The translations under genes were made by a program, and so were the position numbers. A stretch of DNA of 23,544 bases from Fidelibacterota bacterium (GTDB lineage Bacteria; Fidelibacterota; Marinisomatia; Marinisomatales; UBA2128). Positions 17,325 to 23,544 of this stretch are shown here, piece after piece. The notes below the pieces were generated by a model. It was given only the letters and a program-made list of their open reading frames with translations, was not told the origin of the DNA and ran no database searches. Location of the stretch: the NCBI GenBank assembly GCA_046861645.1, contig JBHHUM010000033.1:1-23544 (forward strand). The letters run 5' to 3'. The first letter of the stretch is position 1, and every line of letters starts with the position of its first letter.

Positions 17325-17379
17325 TATGAACCATCCATTTTAATACAAGGGTAAATTAATAGATTTCCTTCACCAAGGT

Positions 17380-17395
17380 TGTGACCGAGATAACA
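17380..17395. promoter_or_regulatory. CRP-family binding box (9/10 match) upstream of the CsgG-like gene
   Basis: TGTGA-CCGAGA-TAACA. Its centre is 29.5 nt from the first T of minus-strand TAATTT (17358-17353), equal to the class II -41.5 position. Confidence 0.5.
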
Positions 17396-17421
17396 ATAAC
17401 GAAAAAGAGTGGCTTTTGCAA
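17393..17421 (-). promoter_or_regulatory. Putative sigma70 promoter overlapping the CRP box
   Basis: Minus strand TTGCAA-17 nt-TATTGT. Confidence 0.35.
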
Positions 17422-17436
17422 GAGGATAGTTGTAAC

Positions 17437-17494
17437 AGTTGCGACGCACTTGGCAGTGATAGTTGCGACGCACTTGTGAAGTGCGTCGAAACTA
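17437..17494. repeat. REP-like palindromic element with a duplicated arm
   Basis: AGTTGCGACGCACTTG at 17437-17452 and 17461-17476, and inverted AAGTGCGTCGAAACTA at 17479-17494, 3 nt past the stop codon at 17498. Confidence 0.7.
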
Positions 17495-17497
17495 AGA

Positions 17498-20400
17498 TTA
17501 CCTCAATAAAAGCATCTTCCGTGTGATAAACTTATCACCCGAAGTAAGAGCAGAAATGTACATCCCGGAGGCGACACCCTGTCCTAATGCATCCTTTCCG
17601 TCCCACACCACTTCGTAGTAACCGAGATCGTACCACCTGTCTGTCAGAGTCACTACCTCCTGCCCCAGCAGATTGACAATCTTCAGTGATATCTTCTCCG
17701 GCCGAGGCAGTGCAAAAGCTATCCTTGTAGTGGGATTGAACGGATTGGGATAATTCTGATGAAGAGCAATTTTCTCCGGCAACGCCGCCAGGGTCTCCCT
17801 GACCATCCGATCCACAAAGTCAGGTGAACCGGCAATGACTTTCAGATGATAGGGAAAATCTTCCCGGGCATCCGTAATCAGTGCCGTTTCGCCAGCGAGA
17901 AGATCTTTCTGCTCCCGTGAGAGCAGATCAAAAAGTACCGCATTGAACTCAGCGGGCAGAGTACCGTAAATCTCCGGCGCAATTGTTACCGGGCTTCTGA
18001 CCTTTCGCACGTGAAGATCAATATCCCACATACCATCCACTTCGTCTGAGGAACGGACATCACTGGTGAAAAGAGGAAGTCCTGTGCCCCACTCAGGCCT
18101 GTCCATAGACAGTGATACGTAGCCGTCGATATAAGGCGGTTCGGGATTATCGTATTGGTCCAACATTTCTTCGGCTCCTGCTAAACGTCCCACATAGTTG
18201 GCTACATCAGAGTAGTTCCCTGACGTAGCCTGCAGCTGGATCAGCCAGCCCTCGTCTACTTCTTTTGCCAGTCGGGCTATTGAGCCTCCCCCGTTTGTAG
18301 GATCTACGGTTAAGATCTTATCAGAGGTGGTACGGTTGTAGATGGCATAGCCAGCCCAGGGAGCCAGCTCTGTAACAACGTCGGTCCACCCCTCGCTGCC
18401 ATTGCCATAGGTAAGTGGTCCGTAGAACACGCTCTGGTCAGCATTCACTGCTACCCGGAAGGCATAAGGCGAACTGATAAGATTCCAACCAGACTTAATC
18501 GTCAGTTCTGCCCCGGCCATATCTATTGAAGTACCACTACCTGTTGTAAAAGAGACATTATCTCCTACCATCTGATACAGCCAATAGCTCTCTCCCACTG
18601 ACAGGCTGGAAGCTTCGGTCCAGCTGGTACCCGTCCACCGGAACAACTGCCAGGTAGTGTTAGACGAAGCCACAGCAAATTCATCCCCAATGGTATTAGC
18701 CGTTGCCTTATCGTCCAGATCAGCGGGGACTGCAATCATGCGCCACTTGTTCTTGGGAAAACCACTACTGTAGGGACTACCAGAGATTGAACTGGCAAGC
18801 GAACTGGCCGGGAATTTCACCGGAATACCCAGAGTATCTGACGTACTGCCGAACCCGTGCTCATCAGTCGCCTTGATGAAATAAGCCAGTCCGGTAAGGG
18901 TAACCTCTGAAGAGGGAATCGTGGCGCTATACCCTCCGCCATCATCCGTCATGGCCAGTTGACTGTAACCAGCTCCCCCACCCACCAGGTAGAAGAGATT
19001 TACACTGGTCAGGGCAGATTCATCTGTGACGGAAGCCGTTACCACTACGGACTCCAGAACTCCCGGAGCAGTGGGTGAAATGGAAACGGTACCAATAGTA
19101 GGAGCTTGAGTATCTACAAAAGAATTGTCACTCTCATCTGAACCAACCGTCCATTGACTGAATTCACTCTGATCCTTAGCTGTGATAGTATTACTCTGGG
19201 CATCAACCACCACGGAATCAGAAGCGAGGAATTTCCACATGACTCCCGGTCCAGCCAGGTTCTGCCGTTTGGCCAGGCGCAGCATAGTGGGATTTTCAAC
19301 ACCCGGGAGACCGGAATAATCAAAGGTGATATCCACCACAAACCCAGGTGGGATATTACTGGAAACCTCCCAATAAAACCCGGCAAAGAGCGGATTGGTT
19401 ATCCCGCCATCAGGATCGTAAAAACCAGTGGTTGAATCCGATGGTGGCGCTGAGGGAACAGCCGTAACGGAAATGTTACCACCCTGACCGGCTGTGAAAT
19501 CGAAAATTACACCCACAGAGTTACCTTGATTATCCATCATCTCAAAAGGCGGTTGATTCCCTCCTTCAACAGTGGTATCGCTATTGGCAACTCCACTTCC
19601 TTCGGGGAGAAGCATCAGGTTCACAGCTACTGTGTCAACGATAGTACTTAGATTCTCACCGGCATTAGAAGTGACATAGAGCCAGCCCAAATAGTCACCG
19701 TCGTCCAAATTCGCTGTCTCTACCACGTTTACCTGAATAGTATCTATACTGCCACCCGTAATCTGCCCAGATGGAGTGGAGATGGTTAACCAATCATACG
19801 CTACCCAGAAGGCATCCACTTCCACTTGATAATCGAGGAGATAATCGCCCTCATTCGACAGGACTAAATCGAACACCACATCTGTTCCCTTAACGGTAGT
19901 TATTCCAAAGGAAGTAGAATTGTAGGTAATCTCAGGATAGGTAATCCCCTCTCCTGTCAGGGAGAATATAATCACTGGCTCGGCCAGACCAGAAAACTCC
20001 ATGATTACAGAATCAGCAAAAGTACCTTTGGCGGTCGGAGCAAATGTCAGGGTGATATCTGTGGTAGTACCGGGGAGTATGGTGCTACTCGCTGGGGAGG
20101 CACTGAACAACCCCGTGGAGGTTGAAGTGGACGTGATTTCCAAGGTATCGCTACCACTGTTTTCCAAGGCGATGACCTCAACACTATCCCGGTTGATCAA
20201 TACCTCCTCAAAGTTGACAGATTGCGCCGCGAGGTAATAAGCATCTAAATCGATCGTCACATCATTGTTCAAAAAAGCACTGGTGTGGAGAGTCGCAGTA
20301 CCGCTATAGTGACCCGGTGCGCTTCCGGCGTCGAATTGAACCTGCAGGGTGGCGCTCCCGGAGGGAAGAATCGCCAGGGGTAGATCACCTTCCACAAATG

Positions 20401-23400
20401 ACAGAGTGAAATTTGACACTCCAGTAATACTTACAATCTGCAGGGTATCAGAACCTGTATTACTAACTACAATTATCTGGGTACTATCAGCAGTATTCCC
20501 AAAATGCAGGGAACTGGCGGAGAGTTCAATCCGGGAAGCAATGCCAGAACCACTGAGCTCGATGGTTTGTTCTGCCGCATAGAGGTCATTGGACATTACC
20601 GTCAATACACCCGAGAAAGTATCCACCGTATCCGGGGTAAACGTGGCAGTGATCTCCTCACTCCCCTGAGGCGGAATCGCTGTAAACATTTGCGGTTCCA
20701 CAGAGAAATGACTATCATCCACCGTAATATCCGAAACCACCAGATCTATCTCACCCAAATTAGTGAGGGTAAAGACCTGCGTAGCGGAGGAGTCGGCAGT
20801 TATAGGACCAAAATCGTAGCTGTCTTGTGAAAGACCAAGAAACGCCGCTACTCCCCTTCCAGACAGGATTATAGAGGAGGTTTGCTGATCGGGGTCGTCA
20901 GACAGGATGAAAAGGGACGTTGCCGCATTCCCGGTGTCAGTAGGAGCAAAGGTTACCCATAATTCGATACTTTCTCCCGGAGGAACCTCTGTCTCGACCG
21001 CATCAAAGGTTTTTTCCATAGCGGGGTTACTGTGCCCAAAATCGGGAAAAACGGCTGGGGATTTAGCGTGCTCTCGTACACGATGAGCAATTGATACTCC
21101 TTTCGTTAATTGCCCACGGGAAGGCACCGCTCTCTTTGCGGCTTCAGAACCTCTATGACTGCCATCAATCTCTCCCCGGGAGGACGTGTTACCACCGACC
21201 ACAACAGTGAACAGGGAATCTGCTGTATAGATAGAGTCAATAGTCAAGGTATCATTACCGATGTTGGAAACAGTCATCACCAAGGTACTGTCACCATTAA
21301 CGACCACAGGGCCAAAGTTCAATGCATTCTCGGAAGTTTCGATGACAGGGACCACTCCCTGACCATCCAACATCACGGTGAGGTCATTCTGATCCGGATC
21401 ATCGTGGACAATGGTCACCGTCTCCACGTAATGAACAGTGTCCACAGGCATGAACAGCACCGTTACTATCTGGCTCTGTGCCGGAGCCAGTTGAGCAGCA
21501 GAGGGGTCAACTTCAAAGACCTCCCCACTAACTGTAATGGACGTAATTAAAAGATTATCCGAACCGGAATTGATGATATCAAACGTCAGCAGCTTGGAGC
21601 TATCTCTGCGTACACTACCAAAGAAAAGTTCGTTTGCCGTTACATCAATGGTGGGCTTGACCCCTTCACCCACAAGGGGTATCTCCAAGACTGGCAACCC
21701 GAAAGCATCACTATAAATCAGGAGAGTATCTTGGAAGAATCCCTCATCATCCGGAGTGAAACCGATGGTCACATCAACACTATCCCCTGCTGCCACGGAA
21801 TCCGTCACATTGGCTTCAAATACAGTCGTGCTGAGGGTCAGATTGGAAATGTGGAGTGTATCGGTACCGGGATTAGAAAGCGAAAGATAGATATATTCCG
21901 TACTGTCCCGCCGTACTGAACCAAAGTCGACACTATCTTGACCCGTGGAAATAAGCGGTGCAACGCCTTCGCCAGTCAGTGCTACGAACAGGCTATCATT
22001 CCCTGTAGGATCGTTAGTGATGATGACCAACTCATCCGCAAAATCTCCTGTATCCAGTGGAGCAAAGGTGATATCCATGTTGAGACTGTCGCCGGGGAGG
22101 ATTTCCGCTGCGATTCTTGAGCTTGAGTTTTTTCCATTAGGGCTCGAGGAGAAAAGCCGTGGTCGGTTGGAACCTTGTGTTTTGCTCAATCGTTCCCCAG
22201 CCGTGAATCCCGACACCTGTCGGGAGGCTATTGACTCTTTAATTGATGCTCCTTCTTGTGTAGTACTAAATATTCCTTTTTCTTTCAATCCAGTAGTTGG
22301 ATCTCCTGAATTAACCCATTTTTTCCCACCTTTCTGAGGGGTGCGTAGATTCTGATAATGCACATCAGATGCCGGGACCAACTTCCTACTGTCGGAGCCT
22401 CGATGTGTCGGGGTAGATCCCGATGACACGAAGCGGATGTCGAGACTACCAGTAATCTCGGTTTTCCCAATTGACAACTCCACACTAAAGTAGTTGGTAT
22501 CTCCTCCAGCAATATAGATGGAATCCACCGTAAGCGTATCGCTGCCCATATTGTATAGTGTCGTTACCCACGATGACGTTTCACCCTCCACAACGTTCTG
22601 CTCAAAGAAATAGTGTTCTATCGGTTCCACTAATGCCAGCGGATAGCTCACCTCCAGTACAGCTGACTGCTCACTGTAAAGGTCAGCTGTATCCACCGCA
22701 GAGATGGCGTAATAATTTATCACACCAATATCGGCGATCAGGTGATTGTAGAATGTATCCGGCGCGGCTACTACATCAATAGAATCGAGCTCCAGCGGGT
22801 CAAAACCCTGATAAACCACGTATTCCACCAGATCTCCCTCCGTGTTGGGTTCCCATGTAATGGTGTGGTAATTCTGCTGGGCTATGAAATCAAGACCAAT
22901 GGGCGCCTCTGGTGGTTGAGTCGTCTGGTCATAGTAGTAGGCTCCCATATCAGCTATGGTACCGTCAGGATCTGGATCACTGGCCGGATCACCGGCATCA
23001 ATAGCAGGCGAACCCCACTGAAGGGTAAAGTCGCCAGTGGCAGGAGCAGTAAAGAGAGGATCGGCGTCAATGTTGCCGTCGCCCCAGATAACCTCGTCGT
23101 TCTCGCCAGTGACAATGCTGTCGAGCCCGCCTTGGACATCGGAGTAGGAAATAGAAAGGGTGTGATTATCGTTATTTAGGTAGATCTCCTGCGGTGAATT
23201 GTCCCAGAGAATAGAGTTTACCAAGCTCGGGGTAGAGGAAACCACACACGATATTCCCCCACCGCTACCCGCTGAGTTACCACTCACCGTTACATTTTCC
23301 AAACTTGGGCTGCTGCCATAACATAAAATTCCACCACCAGTAATACTTGCTGTGTTCCCGCTTATAGCCACATTCACTAAATTCGAGCTGGAACCTTCCA

Positions 23401-23544
23401 AGTAAATACCGCCACCATGATTGCCGGTTGTATTTCCACTAACAATCAGATTAACCAAACTCGGGCTGGAACCGAAGCATGTAATTCCCCCGCCACCCCA
23501 TCCGGGGCCCTGCCAATTGCCATTCTGAATCGTAAACCCTTCCA
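17498..23544 (-). CDS. Giant secreted protein, 5'-partial (>2000 aa): GGGI beta-helix repeats, FN3, about 7 ASH/choice-of-anchor-D Ig domains, BACON-like domain, shared C-terminal module and T9SS-type A/FlgD-Ig CTD
   Basis: Frame stays open to the window edge (EGFTIQNG...GGGGITCFGSSPSLVN). Motifs: GNIDADPLF...SPAIDAG...ADMGAY; repeated DFG.V...I.N.G.D.L.I...F.P...G.G; CTD LHQNYPNPFNPTT...WDGKD..G..VASGMY...RKMLLLR. Confidence 0.9.
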   Translation of the reverse strand, partial: EGFTIQNGNWQGPGWGGGGITCFGSSPSLVNLIVSGNTTGNHGGGIYLEGSSSNLVNVAISGNTASITGGGILCYGSSPSLENVTVSGNSAGSGGGISCVVSSTPSLVNSILWDNSPQEIYLNNDNHTLSISYSDVQGGLDSIVTGENDEVIWGDGNIDADPLFTAPATGDFTLQWGSPAIDAGDPASDPDPDGTIADMGAYYYDQTTQPPEAPIGLDFIAQQNYHTITWEPNTEGDLVEYVVYQGFDPLELDSIDVVAAPDTFYNHLIADIGVINYYAISAVDTADLYSEQSAVLEVSYPLALVEPIEHYFFEQNVVEGETSSWVTTLYNMGSDTLTVDSIYIAGGDTNYFSVELSIGKTEITGSLDIRFVSSGSTPTHRGSDSRKLVPASDVHYQNLRTPQKGGKKWVNSGDPTTGLKEKGIFSTTQEGASIKESIASRQVSGFTAGERLSKTQGSNRPRLFSSSPNGKNSSSRIAAEILPGDSLNMDITFAPLDTGDFADELVIITNDPTGNDSLFVALTGEGVAPLISTGQDSVDFGSVRRDSTEYIYLSLSNPGTDTLHISNLTLSTTVFEANVTDSVAAGDSVDVTIGFTPDDEGFFQDTLLIYSDAFGLPVLEIPLVGEGVKPTIDVTANELFFGSVRRDSSKLLTFDIINSGSDNLLITSITVSGEVFEVDPSAAQLAPAQSQIVTVLFMPVDTVHYVETVTIVHDDPDQNDLTVMLDGQGVVPVIETSENALNFGPVVVNGDSTLVMTVSNIGNDTLTIDSIYTADSLFTVVVGGNTSSRGEIDGSHRGSEAAKRAVPSRGQLTKGVSIAHRVREHAKSPAVFPDFGHSNPAMEKTFDAVETEVPPGESIELWVTFAPTDTGNAATSLFILSDDPDQQTSSIILSGRGVAAFLGLSQDSYDFGPITADSSATQVFTLTNLGEIDLVVSDITVDDSHFSVEPQMFTAIPPQGSEEITATFTPDTVDTFSGVLTVMSNDLYAAEQTIELSGSGIASRIELSASSLHFGNTADSTQIIVVSNTGSDTLQIVSITGVSNFTLSFVEGDLPLAILPSGSATLQVQFDAGSAPGHYSGTATLHTSAFLNNDVTIDLDAYYLAAQSVNFEEVLINRDSVEVIALENSGSDTLEITSTSTSTGLFSASPASSTILPGTTTDITLTFAPTAKGTFADSVIMEFSGLAEPVIIFSLTGEGITYPEITYNSTSFGITTVKGTDVVFDLVLSNEGDYLLDYQVEVDAFWVAYDWLTISTPSGQITGGSIDTIQVNVVETANLDDGDYLGWLYVTSNAGENLSTIVDTVAVNLMLLPEGSGVANSDTTVEGGNQPPFEMMDNQGNSVGVIFDFTAGQGGNISVTAVPSAPPSDSTTGFYDPDGGITNPLFAGFYWEVSSNIPPGFVVDITFDYSGLPGVENPTMLRLAKRQNLAGPGVMWKFLASDSVVVDAQSNTITAKDQSEFSQWTVGSDESDNSFVDTQAPTIGTVSISPTAPGVLESVVVTASVTDESALTSVNLFYLVGGGAGYSQLAMTDDGGGYSATIPSSEVTLTGLAYFIKATDEHGFGSTSDTLGIPVKFPASSLASSISGSPYSSGFPKNKWRMIAVPADLDDKATANTIGDEFAVASSNTTWQLFRWTGTSWTEASSLSVGESYWLYQMVGDNVSFTTGSGTSIDMAGAELTIKSGWNLISSPYAFRVAVNADQSVFYGPLTYGNGSEGWTDVVTELAPWAGYAIYNRTTSDKILTVDPTNGGGSIARLAKEVDEGWLIQLQATSGNYSDVANYVGRLAGAEEMLDQYDNPEPPYIDGYVSLSMDRPEWGTGLPLFTSDVRSSDEVDGMWDIDLHVRKVRSPVTIAPEIYGTLPAEFNAVLFDLLSREQKDLLAGETALITDAREDFPYHLKVIAGSPDFVDRMVRETLAALPEKIALHQNYPNPFNPTTRIAFALPRPEKISLKIVNLLGQEVVTLTDRWYDLGYYEVVWDGKDALGQGVASGMYISALTSGDKFITRKMLLLR

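Noticed and set aside
17437..17494. CRISPR array
   Set aside because: Only two 16-nt direct copies 8 nt apart, and no cas genes.
16756..22337. KGGKKW hexapeptide shared by the CsgG-like tail and the basic insert of the giant protein
   Set aside because: Low-complexity 6-mer in different contexts; probably coincidence.
1673..23179. Numerous antisense and alternate-frame ORFs nested within long genes
   Set aside because: Shadow ORFs of well-supported CDSs with no independent motifs.

Overview
Bacterial chromosomal window, probably from the FCB superphylum (Marinimicrobia/KSB1-like; inferred from 'QNxPNPFN' C-terminal domains and Gln-at-+1 signal peptides). From left to right: (1) two decayed nucleotidyltransferase-type toxin-antitoxin modules (truncated AbiEii-like gene plus its partner; MntA plus frameshifted HepT), downstream of a 1012-aa SLBB-repeat polysaccharide export gene; (2) a ~1.2-kb non-coding region with a structured GC-rich element, a terminator-like hairpin, a GGA-rich segment and a perfect CRP box; (3) tRNA-Lys(CTT), yqgE/algH and tRNA-Lys(TTT); (4) a FecR-domain protein and a CHASE2 adenylate cyclase with an FN3-like domain inserted in CHASE2; (5) a secreted MBL-fold hydrolase; (6) two giant secreted proteins with a shared ~600-aa C-terminal module, flanking a CsgG-like gene. 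The last giant ORF runs off the window edge. The best hypothesis is a local cAMP-CRP envelope-signalling circuit: CRP-type boxes sit at class II promoter spacing in front of both the CsgG-like/surface-protein unit and the polysaccharide-side non-coding region. No CRP gene lies in the window, and all regulatory calls are by eye.
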